64,000 nt of DNA from Methanobacteriota archaeon (GTDB taxonomy: Archaea > Thermoplasmatota > Thermoplasmata > SG8-5 > JAGLSY01). This document shows, piece by piece, positions 42,506 to 52,314 of this stretch. Each line of letters begins with the position of its first letter. Position 1 is the stretch's first letter. The notes under the pieces are model-generated. The model was not told the DNA's origin, did not search any database, and saw only the letters and a program-made list of their open reading frames with translations. Position numbers and translations under genes: made by a program. The stretch spans positions 892,490 to 956,489 of the forward strand of contig JAEHCO010000001.1 in assembly GCA_020697715.1 (NCBI GenBank), given 5' to 3'.

Positions 42506-42646
42506 ATGGTAGAAGCATATTGTGTAAAATGTAGAAAGAAGGTAGAAATGAAAGGCGCAAAGAAGATCACGATGAAGAACGGAAAGCCAGCACAGAAGGG
42601 TTCATGCCCAGACTGTGGCACCGGTGTCTTCAGAATCGGCGCATAA
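42506..42646 (+). CDS. DUF5679-type zinc-ribbon mini-protein, 46 aa (not in the ORF track)
   Basis: MVEAYCVKCRKKVEMKGAKKITMKNGKPAQKGSCPDCGTGVFRIGA; GGTGA RBS 5 nt upstream. Confidence 0.85.
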   Translation: MVEAYCVKCRKKVEMKGAKKITMKNGKPAQKGSCPDCGTGVFRIGA

Positions 42647-42665
42647 CCGTTTTCTACCTATCATA

Positions 42666-42692
42666 ATGGCGCTGCATTTTGTGTAGCGCCAT
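42666..42692 (+). terminator. Hairpin terminator
   Basis: ATGGCGCTGCA-TTTTG-TGTAGCGCCAT, followed by a pyrimidine tract. Confidence 0.7.
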
Positions 42693-42763
42693 CCTTTTCC
42701 CCATCCTTTTCTAATACAATTGTCACGAAACTAATATATATGCTGAGCATTTCCCTGGACTTA

Positions 42764-42900
42764 CAATACAGTCAATTCAATGACCGTATTGGTGGAGAAC
42801 GATACACGTTCTCCAGTCACAAGGCGGAACGATGTTCCGATGGGGATGTGCCCGGAATGGTTGCCACCGATGCAGCCAGTTTCTAGATGGGTGAACCCAA
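42764..42900 (+). promoter_or_regulatory. Structured 5' leader of rpl15e (candidate eL15 ribosomal leader)
   Basis: Consecutive hairpins CAATACAGTCA/TGACCGTATTG, TGGAGAACG/CGTTCTCCA and CGGAAC/GTTCCG, then GGAATG...GGGTGAACCC. Confidence 0.5.
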
Positions 42901-42924
42901 ATACTCCAAAAGGAGGGTGATACT

Positions 42925-43626
42925 ATCGCAGATGAAAAAGCAAAAGAAGTTGAAGAGCAGAGCGAAGAAGCTCCAGTCGAGACAGTAGAGGAGCCAGAAT
43001 TCGTAGAGATAGGCCAGGAAGTGAAAGAACCAAAGCATCATGCCAGTTTGTATTCTCACATTGGTGAGGCCTGGAAAGTTCCAGCAAATTCATATGTCAA
43101 GGAACTCCAGTGGAGCAGGATGCAGGAATGGAGGCGTGAGAACACCTTCACAAGGGTCGATCACCCAACAAGACTGGACAGGGCACGAAACTTGGGATAC
43201 AAGGCAAAACAAGGATATGTCATTGTAAGAGCCAAGGTAAGGCGCGGATCTATGAGAAAGCCCAGGATAAACAAAGGTAGAAGGGCCAAGAGAAAGGGAG
43301 AGAAGAAGATCACAGCTGCCAAGAGCATACAGAGGATGGCCGAGGAAAGGACATCCAGGCACTATCCAAATCTCGAAGTTCTGAACTCATACTGGGTTGG
43401 AGAAGATGGTAAGCACAAGTATTACGAGATCATAATGGTCGATCCTCATCATCCTGTCATCAAGGCAGATAAGAAGATCAATTGGATATGCGAACCACAG
43501 CACACACGCAGAGTTCAGCGCGGCCTGACATCAGCTGGAAAGCGCGGTAGAGCTCTTCACAAGAAGGGTAAGGGCGTGGAGAAGGCCAGGCCATCCCGAC
43601 GTGCGCACGACAAGAAGATTAAATGA
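42925..43626 (+). CDS. rpl15e: 50S ribosomal protein L15e, probably with an acidic N-terminal extension from an ATC start (track start is GTG 43021)
   Basis: [31 protein letters not shown] and RGLTSAGKR. The frame is open upstream to ATC at 42925, just after AGGAGGGTGA. Confidence 0.95.
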   Translation: MADEKAKEVEEQSEEAPVETVEEPEFVEIGQEVKEPKHHASLYSHIGEAWKVPANSYVKELQWSRMQEWRRENTFTRVDHPTRLDRARNLGYKAKQGYVIVRAKVRRGSMRKPRINKGRRAKRKGEKKITAAKSIQRMAEERTSRHYPNLEVLNSYWVGEDGKHKYYEIIMVDPHHPVIKADKKINWICEPQHTRRVQRGLTSAGKRGRALHKKGKGVEKARPSRRAHDKKIK

Positions 43627-43841
43627 TCAATGCACCAGCATGATCCCAACAAACATGCCCCGTCTGATTGACCCAATAGGGCCAAGGAGGGCGGGGTACT
43701 CTTATTATTTTGTTAGCGAGTGACAGCGATGTCTCTGCAAAAAAGATGAACTTCTCGCGTTCAGAGCGAGAAGGAAAATTAAGCCCCGTCCCGAGAGACG
43801 CAGGGTCGGGGGTCCTTATCCACACCCAGCCTAACAAAAAT

Positions 43842-43877
43842 GTAGAAAGGTTCGCTAGCGATACCGAACCTTTCTAC
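43842..43877. terminator. Perfect 13-bp inverted repeat, probable bidirectional terminator
   Basis: GTAGAAAGGTTCG-10 nt-CGAACCTTTCTAC, between the convergent rpl15e and thiI-like genes. Confidence 0.7.
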
Positions 43878-43911
43878 CTTATCTGATATAAAATTTATCT
43901 TGCCAAATACT

Positions 43912-44805
43912 CTACGCTTTCTCAATCATTTCCAGCATATCCAAGACCTCTTGATCCGACAGTCCGATCCTTGGATGGAATATCGGCAATGGAATATCCA
44001 ACTTATTTTCATCCAGGTCTTTCAGGTCCCAGCCCAGTACCAATCCTTCGGCCTTCTTTCTCCTTGCCCATGTCATGATCAATTCCGGATTCTGGCTGAT
44101 CGGAATGTCCGGTGTATGATTCTCGAAGTCCAGTAATTTCATATCTGGATCCCATGCCCACAGGCTGTCGATGATACTCTCATCCTTTGGAAGAACGAAT
44201 ACACGGCATCCTCTTTTCATCATGAGCCAGATGGAAACAATATCCCTCCTGTTCTCCGCAATGCCGATCACCCTGCCCTGGCTGCCAAGAGGCATGCCGC
44301 CTGGCCCAGGTGTTTTGCCAATGAATAAGTAAGTTTTGTTCTGCCTGGTTTCTACAAAGACCTCGACCTCGGGCTTGGTGAGGTTCACCTTCAGCTCAAG
44401 TTCTTCATTTGCTAGATAAATGGCAGATCCCACATCCCGTCCCAGGTCCACACTGGTAAAATCATGCTCGCCAGTTCTTCTGGCCCTGACCGCGAAATGC
44501 GTTCCCTTGCTGAGAAGGCCTTTTGATATGCCGATAGCTACTTTTTTGATATCCTCCATGTCTGAGGTCGTTTCCACGACTTCAGAAAAGGAGACGATCC
44601 CAAAGACCCTTCTCAAAATGGTTCTGGCATCTTCCGCATTCTCCGTCCACAGATACACCCGTCCATAATCCGAGGTGGTTCTGCATTCCAATCCCATCTT
44701 CATGAAATGGTTTTGTATATTGTTGACGAGTATTCTCTGGAACCTCTCACGAACTGCCTTGCTCTTGAGACCTATCTCGCCATACCTTATCAGGAATTGT
44801 ACCAT
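43912..44805 (-). CDS. THUMP-domain ThiI-like protein with degenerate PP-loop domain
   Basis: Start MVQFLIRYGEIGLKS; VFGIVSFS, VNLTKPE, GPGGMPLGSQG and WLMMKRGC; lacks SGGxDS. Confidence 0.8.
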   Translation of the reverse strand: MVQFLIRYGEIGLKSKAVRERFQRILVNNIQNHFMKMGLECRTTSDYGRVYLWTENAEDARTILRRVFGIVSFSEVVETTSDMEDIKKVAIGISKGLLSKGTHFAVRARRTGEHDFTSVDLGRDVGSAIYLANEELELKVNLTKPEVEVFVETRQNKTYLFIGKTPGPGGMPLGSQGRVIGIAENRRDIVSIWLMMKRGCRVFVLPKDESIIDSLWAWDPDMKLLDFENHTPDIPISQNPELIMTWARRKKAEGLVLGWDLKDLDENKLDIPLPIFHPRIGLSDQEVLDMLEMIEKA

Positions 44806-45018
44806 TCGAGGGCGAATAAGAGTGGATGTCAATAAGGTTTCGCCTGATGTTCGACCTAATATTAGGCGTGGTCTTCTATGCCACACACACGATATTTTCA
44901 GTTTTAATAAATCAATCTAAAAATATATATGTATATTAACCAATACTATGCCAATAATTATCTAAAAAGATCATTGGTTCATATCGAGTTCGATGGTCTT
45001 CAGGTTGGTGGAGGTTGC

Positions 45019-46407
45019 ATGGCTCGTAAAGGACATACACAAGAAGGCACTGTTCATTGTTCAGAATGTGGTTCTGGCATAGAGGGCAGTTCCACGACCT
45101 GCGAGCATTGTGGAGAGTCCCTGGATGGTGAATTCCAGGCAATGATATGTCCTTATTGCGGAACTGTTCTGGAAGGTGGTGCGAAGGATTGTTTTAACTG
45201 TGGGTTAAAATTCCAGGCCACAAGAGATGTCACCGCCCTTCGTAGTGAAGAGGATGAGGAATTCCTGTCAAGATTGCTTCAATGGGGCAAGACCCAGAAA
45301 GTGCCAGAGGCTCCTTCCCATGAGGATAAGAAAGAAGAAGAAGATGCTACAAAGATATTCTCCACTGTCCTTGGATCACAGCAACCCACTCCTGTTGTGG
45401 AAGAGAGCATCAAGGAGATCCAGAAGACCGCTGAAGAAGTTACTGAATTTGAAAAGCGAGAGCAGAGCATATTGAAGCTAGCCTCTCCATTACAGACTGC
45501 TCTGAAGGCAAGACGAGAATCACTCGACAAGGCCGAAGCAGAGACCAAGAGCATAAAAGATGAGCTTAGCCAGATGTCCGATATGGATGATCCCGAGGCC
45601 ATACAGAAACGTGCGGAATTGGAAAGACGTATGTCCAATATCTCCATCGAGAGGGATGAGATCCATCAATTGGAGGACAATATCAAGAACATGGATGAGA
45701 CATATCGCCATCTTCTTGAGAAACATCAGGAAGAGCTCATAGAGAAAGAGAAGAAGTTCAAGGTCAGGCTGGATTCCTTCAAGTCCGAGATGGCAAGGCG
45801 GGAAGAAGAAAAGGCAAGGATGAAGTCCAGGGAAGAGTTCCTGAAAAAGAAGGAACAGGAACTCAAGGACAGGATAGACTCATTGAAAAGTAGAGAGAAG
45901 AGCCTCAGGAAGACAGAGGAGGAAATGAGGAAGACGATAGATTCTCTTCAAGAGGAGAAGGGTGATAATAAAGCGATCTGGGAACAATTGCAATATATTT
46001 GGATGATAGAAGAGAAGGAATTGAAAAGCATCATGAACAAGAGCAAGAAGGCCAGGACGGAATGGATGGAGAATCAGGTCGTGGCCCAAGGCGAACTTAA
46101 AAAGAGCATACAAAGCGGCAAAAGTCCAGAAGAGATCGCTGAGGAATTGAACATATTCGCTAAGAAAGAGAAGGAGCTTACCAAGAAGATAGCATTGCTG
46201 GAATCCGAGCTTGAGAAAGCGGAAGTGGAGGAATCCGAGCTATCTGCCGAGGAAAAGAAATTAATAGATATTCACGATGATATAAAGGATATATTAAATG
46301 AGATAGATGATCTTCTGGGTCACCTGCCTCAGGATAAAATAGATGCATTTGCGAAATCAGAAAAGTTCAAGACATATGAGAAGGTGATGGATGAACTAGG
46401 ATTATAG
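45019..46407 (+). CDS. Multi zinc-ribbon plus coiled-coil protein
   Basis: Start MARKGH after GGAGGT; four CxxC pairs, then an E/K-rich heptad region. Confidence 0.75.
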   Translation: MARKGHTQEGTVHCSECGSGIEGSSTTCEHCGESLDGEFQAMICPYCGTVLEGGAKDCFNCGLKFQATRDVTALRSEEDEEFLSRLLQWGKTQKVPEAPSHEDKKEEEDATKIFSTVLGSQQPTPVVEESIKEIQKTAEEVTEFEKREQSILKLASPLQTALKARRESLDKAEAETKSIKDELSQMSDMDDPEAIQKRAELERRMSNISIERDEIHQLEDNIKNMDETYRHLLEKHQEELIEKEKKFKVRLDSFKSEMARREEEKARMKSREEFLKKKEQELKDRIDSLKSREKSLRKTEEEMRKTIDSLQEEKGDNKAIWEQLQYIWMIEEKELKSIMNKSKKARTEWMENQVVAQGELKKSIQSGKSPEEIAEELNIFAKKEKELTKKIALLESELEKAEVEESELSAEEKKLIDIHDDIKDILNEIDDLLGHLPQDKIDAFAKSEKFKTYEKVMDELGL

Positions 46408-46417
46408 GCGGAATGAT

Positions 46418-49400
46418 ATGGGATTAAGGGACAAGGCAAGGAAATCTCTCGAAGAGAAACCAGAAGAAGATGTGGTCATAGAGGAATCTTCGAAGGAAGA
46501 GATCGAGCCAGTCCAGACCCCGGAGGAATCCACCCCCGAAGAGCCCACCATAATTGACGAACCATCATCCGAAGAAGAAGTCATTGAGGAAGCGGCGGGA
46601 GAGATCAACTGCCCCAATTGCAATGCGGTTAACAGCGGAGATTCTTCACTTTGCTTTTCATGTGGTACCAATCTCAAGGATCCGAATATCGAGGATGATG
46701 ATGAGGAAGATACTGCCGAGATGGTGGACATAACCTCGCAGATCATGGACAAGGTGGAGATCCCTACATACAAGGTGAAAGATAAACCTAAGCCAAAGGA
46801 AGAACCCAAGCCTAAGACCGCGGAGAAAAAGCCCGAGGTCAAAGAGGAACCTGAGCCAGTTAAGGAAGAACCCAAACCAGCTGATGAGCTGGGCACCGAT
46901 ATGCTATCCAAGGCAATGGAAAAGGCCAAGGAAAAGGAAGCTGCCAGGGATAAAGAGATACAGGATCAGATATCGGCTAAAGATGATGAGATAAAGGCCT
47001 TGACAAATGAACTGGAAGCTCAGAAGAAAGAGGTCAAAGATCTATCCAAATTCAAGAAAGAGGCTGAAGAACTTGAGGCCAAGATATCTCAAATGGATGA
47101 TGATAAGAAGAGCCTTGAGACTCAAATATCTAAATTGGAGAAAGACCAGGACAAGCTCAAGGAATCCGAAGGCAAAGGAAAGGAATCTGAAAAGGAGATC
47201 GAAGCCCTCAAAGATGAGATTTCTGACCTTGAAAAGAGATTCAAGGGACTGGGTGAGGAGTACAAGAAGCTTGGAAATGAGAAAGCCGACCTTGAGTCCA
47301 AGGTATCCGACCTTGAAGCTGGCCAGGATAAGCTGGAAGAGGATAAGAAATCTCGTAGCAAGGCAGAAAAGTCTCTTGAAAAGGAAATAGAAAAATTGAA
47401 AACTGAAAAAGAGGAATTGGAAGTCAAGTACAATGAGCTTGAAGAAATAAACAAAGAATCCGATGCCCGAATTTCAATCCTTGAAGGGGACATTGAGGGA
47501 CTGGACAAGGTCAAGGCCAAAACAAGTAATGAAAAGGCCGATCTCAAAAAGGCTCTGAAAGAACAGGAATCACGATCAAAGGAACTTGAGGGGGAACTCG
47601 AATCCCTCAAGTCCGAACTTGAAGCCCAGAAACTGGAATTTGAATCTGCAGAGCAGGACGCGAGTAAAACAAAGGGCGAGCTGGATACAAAGTCCAAGGA
47701 GCTGGCTGACCTCGAGAATGATCTGGCCGAGAGGACGAAGGAGCTCGAATCCAAGTTGGCCGAATATGAAGATAATTCCAAGACCCTGGAAGAAAGGGAA
47801 TTGGAGCTCACAGCATTGAAGGAGGAACAGGAAACTCTCAAGGAAGATCTTGAATCTCGTGAATCCGAGCTTGAAAAAGCTAAGGAGGAAATGGCTCAGG
47901 AATCCGAGCGCATATCGAGCAAGGAGAAAGAGCTTGATGATGGTCAATCTGAAGTGGACGGCAAGATCACCTCGCTCGAAGCTGAACTGGCCGAAACAAA
48001 TGAGAAGATCGTCGAACTGGACACGATCATCGCGGATAAGGATTCGGAGATCGAGAAACTGAATTCAGACCTATCTGAATCCAAGGACCATATCTCCGCG
48101 AGCGAGATCGAGCTTGAAGAGAGGGAAAAGGTCCTCGCTGCCAATATGGCGGAATATGAGAAGAACGAGGCGGATTATTCCGAACGCTTTGAGGAATTGA
48201 AAGCCAATGAGAAATCCATGGCAAAGAGGGAGAAGAAGACCGCCACGGAGAGAAAGAACATTGATTCCGATATACAACTTCTAATTGCAGATAGAGAAGA
48301 ATTCGAGGAAGAAAAAAGTAAGCTGGAGTCAGAACTGAAAGAACTTCAGGAAACCCTTGATGCCAAAGAAGAGGAGCTCACCGAGAGTCGAAGTGATCTT
48401 GATGAGCAATGGCAAGAATTGGAGAATATGAGGGAAGGCATAACCCTGTCCAAGGGCGAGATCGGGGAGAAAGAAGCCGATATCCTTGCCAAACGAGAGG
48501 AGATCTCAAATCAATTGAAGGACCTGGAAGAGAAGAAGGAAGCCCATGATATCGAATCCAAGGACCTGAAGAAGCTGGCCACCAAACTAGAAAAATTGGA
48601 AAGCAAGCTTAATGAGAAAGAAGAAAAGCTTGCGACCAAGGATTCTGACCTGAAGTTAACAGAAAAAGAATTACGAAAGGAAAGAAGCGATCTGGACAAG
48701 GAATCCAGGCGATTGGAACGTCTGGAAGCTGACCTGTCCGATCGATCCGAGAAGCACACACTTCTATCTGCGGAACTATCCGAGAAGCATGATACTCTAT
48801 CCGTGGAGCTGTCCGAGAAAGAGGCCGAACTTACGACCCTGGAACAGGAACTTGAGTCCAGAAAGAAAGAGTTGGACCTTCAGGTCGAAGGGGCGGATGA
48901 AAGGGATAATGTTCTGAGCGAGATGGAAACAATGCTCAAGAACCAGGAGAATGAGCTTGAGAAGGACAAGGACAGGATGGCTCAGGACAGGCAGCACCTT
49001 GCGGAGGATATCGAGGCCTACAAGCAAAGGAAGCTGGAGATCGGAAAAGAAGAGAAGGAGCTCAAGCTCAGAGAGAATGCCATCAATGAGGCAGATTCCG
49101 GACTCCGGGAGAGGGAGATAAAATACGAGGCCAATCTTGCCAGACTCGAAGAGAAGAAGATAAGGTATGAGAACGATCTCAATGATTTCAAAAAGTCACG
49201 ATCAGATAAGGAAAGCGAATTCACAGAACAACAGGATGCCCTTCACCGGACAGATATAGAGCTGAAGGAGAGGGAACGCCAGGTGAACAAGAGATCAGAA
49301 GAGCTTGACCAGAGGAACAAGGAACTGGCCCAGTTGGATGGAGAGCTTGCTGGAAGGATGGAGGATCTATCGATCAAGGAAGAGGAGATCGATAAGAGAC

Positions 49401-50767
49401 TGGAAACAGCCAGGCTGGAAGAGGAAAGGGTCAATGAGGACTCCAAAGATCTATCAGATAGGCAATCCGAATTCACGATAAAGGAAGCTGACATAATCCA
49501 GAGGGAGAAGAGAATAGAAAGTACAAAACTATCTCTGGAGAAAAAGGAAGCCAGCCTTAAAGAAAAGGAGAAGGAGATAAATGACGAGAACACTCGCCTC
49601 ATAAGCCAGAAGGATGATATGGACAAGGTGTGGAAAGACCTTGGCAAGGAGACCAAGAGGCACGAGGCGAAGGAACGGCAACAGAAAGACCTTGATAGGG
49701 ACCTGGAAAAGAAATCCGAGGAGATAAAGAAGAGAGGCATCCAGATCAAGGTGGAAGAGACCGAATTAAATTACAAATACGATGAGCTGGCCGAGAGAGA
49801 GAGGGATCTTGGCGACAATATCGAGAGGATCGCCAAGGAGACCGAGGAATTGAAGGTCAGGGCGGAAATAATGATCCGCAGAGAGGACGAACTGGCAGCT
49901 CATGAGGCCGACCTCAATCAGATGGAGGTCGATCTCAGCCACAAGATGCAGAACATCCGCGAGGAGCAGGACAAGCTGGAGACACTAAAAGGCGACCTGC
50001 CGCAAAGGATGAAGGAGATAGAAAGGCAACAGAAGGAATTGAGGGAGAGAGAATCCGACCTCAATAGGATGAAGCGCCTGCTGGAAGAGGAGATGGACAA
50101 GCGGGATGCGGAAATGCAGATGCTGAAGGAAGAGCGTGGGGAACTGGATGATATGAAGCAATCCGCTCTTTCACTGATGAAATATGCAAAGACCGTGGAG
50201 CAGAAGCGCAATGAGGATCTTCTGAAGAAACTGACGGATGAAAAGAATGAGCTGGCCGAGGTCAAGGAAGAACTTGACACCAACCTGAAGGCCAGGGAAG
50301 AAGATATTTCCAAGCGCGAGCGCGAGATCCTGCTGATAAACGAACAGCACAGGACCAGGGAAGATGACATTCAGAAGAAGGCGGAGAAACTGGCCATTGA
50401 GCTCGAGGCTCTGATGGCGGAGAAGAAGGAATCCGCCGAAGTGTGGAAACAGATCGAGATAGAATCTCAAAAAGCAATAGACGCGGAGCACATAATAAAG
50501 TCCAGAGTCGAAAAGACCCTGGAGACCGAGCGCAAGTCGATAGAAAAAGAACAGAAGCGGCTTGAGAACCTGGAGAAGGACATGGCCAAGAAGGAAGCGG
50601 AACTGGCCAAGAAGGAGAAGTCCCACTCGACGACAAAGGAAAAGACCGACGAGCTCCATGCGGAATTAAAGAAGAAGGAAGCTGATATTGCGAAGAAGGA
50701 GAAGCAATTGGAAGAGCGCAAGGAATATCTGGATAGAATGAAAGAGCACCTTAGTTCAATTCTTTAG
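46418..50767 (+). CDS. Giant coiled-coil protein (1449 aa) with N-terminal zinc ribbon
   Basis: CPNC/CFSC, a Pro/Glu/Lys linker, then ~1280 aa of E/K/L-rich sequence almost free of Pro; no TM segment or P-loop. Confidence 0.8.
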   Translation: MGLRDKARKSLEEKPEEDVVIEESSKEEIEPVQTPEESTPEEPTIIDEPSSEEEVIEEAAGEINCPNCNAVNSGDSSLCFSCGTNLKDPNIEDDDEEDTAEMVDITSQIMDKVEIPTYKVKDKPKPKEEPKPKTAEKKPEVKEEPEPVKEEPKPADELGTDMLSKAMEKAKEKEAARDKEIQDQISAKDDEIKALTNELEAQKKEVKDLSKFKKEAEELEAKISQMDDDKKSLETQISKLEKDQDKLKESEGKGKESEKEIEALKDEISDLEKRFKGLGEEYKKLGNEKADLESKVSDLEAGQDKLEEDKKSRSKAEKSLEKEIEKLKTEKEELEVKYNELEEINKESDARISILEGDIEGLDKVKAKTSNEKADLKKALKEQESRSKELEGELESLKSELEAQKLEFESAEQDASKTKGELDTKSKELADLENDLAERTKELESKLAEYEDNSKTLEERELELTALKEEQETLKEDLESRESELEKAKEEMAQESERISSKEKELDDGQSEVDGKITSLEAELAETNEKIVELDTIIADKDSEIEKLNSDLSESKDHISASEIELEEREKVLAANMAEYEKNEADYSERFEELKANEKSMAKREKKTATERKNIDSDIQLLIADREEFEEEKSKLESELKELQETLDAKEEELTESRSDLDEQWQELENMREGITLSKGEIGEKEADILAKREEISNQLKDLEEKKEAHDIESKDLKKLATKLEKLESKLNEKEEKLATKDSDLKLTEKELRKERSDLDKESRRLERLEADLSDRSEKHTLLSAELSEKHDTLSVELSEKEAELTTLEQELESRKKELDLQVEGADERDNVLSEMETMLKNQENELEKDKDRMAQDRQHLAEDIEAYKQRKLEIGKEEKELKLRENAINEADSGLREREIKYEANLARLEEKKIRYENDLNDFKKSRSDKESEFTEQQDALHRTDIELKERERQVNKRSEELDQRNKELAQLDGELAGRMEDLSIKEEEIDKRLETARLEEERVNEDSKDLSDRQSEFTIKEADIIQREKRIESTKLSLEKKEASLKEKEKEINDENTRLISQKDDMDKVWKDLGKETKRHEAKERQQKDLDRDLEKKSEEIKKRGIQIKVEETELNYKYDELAERERDLGDNIERIAKETEELKVRAEIMIRREDELAAHEADLNQMEVDLSHKMQNIREEQDKLETLKGDLPQRMKEIERQQKELRERESDLNRMKRLLEEEMDKRDAEMQMLKEERGELDDMKQSALSLMKYAKTVEQKRNEDLLKKLTDEKNELAEVKEELDTNLKAREEDISKREREILLINEQHRTREDDIQKKAEKLAIELEALMAEKKESAEVWKQIEIESQKAIDAEHIIKSRVEKTLETERKSIEKEQKRLENLEKDMAKKEAELAKKEKSHSTTKEKTDELHAELKKKEADIAKKEKQLEERKEYLDRMKEHLSSIL

Positions 50768-50813
50768 TTCCAACTTCAATATTTTAGAATATGGGTTCAA
50801 AATAGTGTACAGG

Positions 50814-51704
50814 TTATCTGGTCGTGACCTCACAACCCTTCTCGGTCACGATTATAGTATGCTCGGCCTGGGACACCATACCCTTCTCTATTTCCAGAAG
50901 TACAGGGTATGTCGTGACTATACCCGAGCGGAATAGTTTTCTGAGAACTGGCTTCGGCTTCTTCACCTGCCTGGCCACCCACCTTTCCGAGAAAGGCAAA
51001 CCTCGAAACTCATCGTATATCTTTCCGATGAGTTCATTGAGCTGTGGATCATCCGTATCTCTTTTTCTCATCATCCTGTAGATGTTGCCGCTTTTCCTTC
51101 CGGCAACTCTTCCTGCTCCATTGGTCGCGAAGGGCTCGATCGCGATGGCATCCCCTTCTTTCACGATGTCGTCGGAGCCATCCATGATGTTCGGGATGCT
51201 CAATCCCGCGTGTAAATTATATCTTCTAAGGCTGTGGCCAGTTAGATTGGTTATCGGGGTGTAGCCGTATGCTTCTATCGTTCGCTCGACAGCCCCTCCG
51301 ATCTCCTTGGCCCTTATGCCGGGTTTGGTAACATCGATAGCGGCCTCCAGAGCCTCTGTGGAAGCCTTAATGAGCTCGTGCCAGCGATTGGTACCCACTT
51401 CCTTTGTAAAGGTGCTGTCCGCGATATAACCATCAACATGGGCTCCCACATCGATCTTGGCAAGCATGCCCTTCTTGAAAACTTGTGTATCGACGGATGT
51501 TGGTGTGAAATGGGCAGCTATATTATCGACAGCGATGTTAACTGGAAAAGCGACCTTCCCACCCTGCTGCTCGATCTTGAACTCTATGGAATCCGCCACT
51601 TCTCGGAAGGACGCTCCTTCAACAACAAGTTCCCTACCCAGTTCCCTTGCCATTGATCCGATCTTACCAGCTTTGAGGTATTTTTCTCTGACATCATCGT
51701 CCAT
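50814..51704 (-). CDS. map: Type II methionine aminopeptidase
   Basis: AFPVN, AAHFTP, KIDVGAHVDGYIAD, NLTGH, AIEPFAT and SQAEHT. Confidence 0.95.
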   Translation of the reverse strand: MDDDVREKYLKAGKIGSMARELGRELVVEGASFREVADSIEFKIEQQGGKVAFPVNIAVDNIAAHFTPTSVDTQVFKKGMLAKIDVGAHVDGYIADSTFTKEVGTNRWHELIKASTEALEAAIDVTKPGIRAKEIGGAVERTIEAYGYTPITNLTGHSLRRYNLHAGLSIPNIMDGSDDIVKEGDAIAIEPFATNGAGRVAGRKSGNIYRMMRKRDTDDPQLNELIGKIYDEFRGLPFSERWVARQVKKPKPVLRKLFRSGIVTTYPVLLEIEKGMVSQAEHTIIVTEKGCEVTTR

Positions 51705-52314
51705 GAATATCCATAACCTGCTCTTCGGGAATAATTCCTTCCCTAATAATCCTTACCGCTGATGAGGTCAGGTCCACGATAGTGGAGCCCTGTCCAAGCT
51801 CAGTGGCTCCGCTATCTAGATACAGCCCAACTTCCTCACCCAGATCATCGATCGCTGTCTGGATATCTGTGGGATCCTGTTTACCATGTCGATTGGCACT
51901 GGTCGCGGTGATAGGACCAATGGTCTTGCAGATCGCATCTATCAAGGCCGAATCCGGAAATCTGACGGCCAAACTACCATCTTTTATCAACAAAGATGGT
52001 ACATTTGATTTTGCTGGAAGCACGAATGTCAATGCGAGATCGGAATTCAGAAGTGGCAGTGCGGTGACTGGAATATCGCAGATGTCTGTAATATTCTCAC
52101 GCCTTATGAAGACCGACAGAGGCATACCATGTGGCCTCTGTTTGACCTGCATCAGCTTCTCCACGCCCTCTTTTGAAAATATGCTGGCTCCCAATCCGTA
52201 GAGGGTGGATGTGGGATACACTATCAAGCCACCAGATCCTAGGATATTTTCGATATTTCGGGTAAGATCTGAAGAAGGTGTCTTATCCTTATCCAGGGTG
52301 ATGATCTCAACCAT
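51694..52314 (-). CDS. sua5: L-threonylcarbamoyladenylate synthase (TsaC/Sua5 family)
   Basis: IVYPTSTLYGLG, KQRP, ITATSAN, STIVD and IIREG. Confidence 0.88.
   Translation of the reverse strand: MVEIITLDKDKTPSSDLTRNIENILGSGGLIVYPTSTLYGLGASIFSKEGVEKLMQVKQRPHGMPLSVFIRRENITDICDIPVTALPLLNSDLALTFVLPAKSNVPSLLIKDGSLAVRFPDSALIDAICKTIGPITATSANRHGKQDPTDIQTAIDDLGEEVGLYLDSGATELGQGSTIVDLTSSAVRIIREGIIPEEQVMDIHGR

Noticed and set aside
42932-42988. 18-aa basic [21 protein letters not shown] upstream of rpl15e
   Set aside because: Most likely the +1 shadow of a Glu-rich coding frame; SD spacing fits the ATC better.
43741-43780. Hammerhead-like GATGA-stem-GAAA
   Set aside because: It lacks the CUGAnGA core and matching stems I and III.
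46402-50721. Long Ser/Phe/Leu-rich antisense ORFs
   Set aside because: These are shadows of the E/K-rich coiled-coil gene.
46418-50767. SMC/Rad50 annotation
   Set aside because: No Walker A/B motifs, ABC signature, hinge or central zinc hook.
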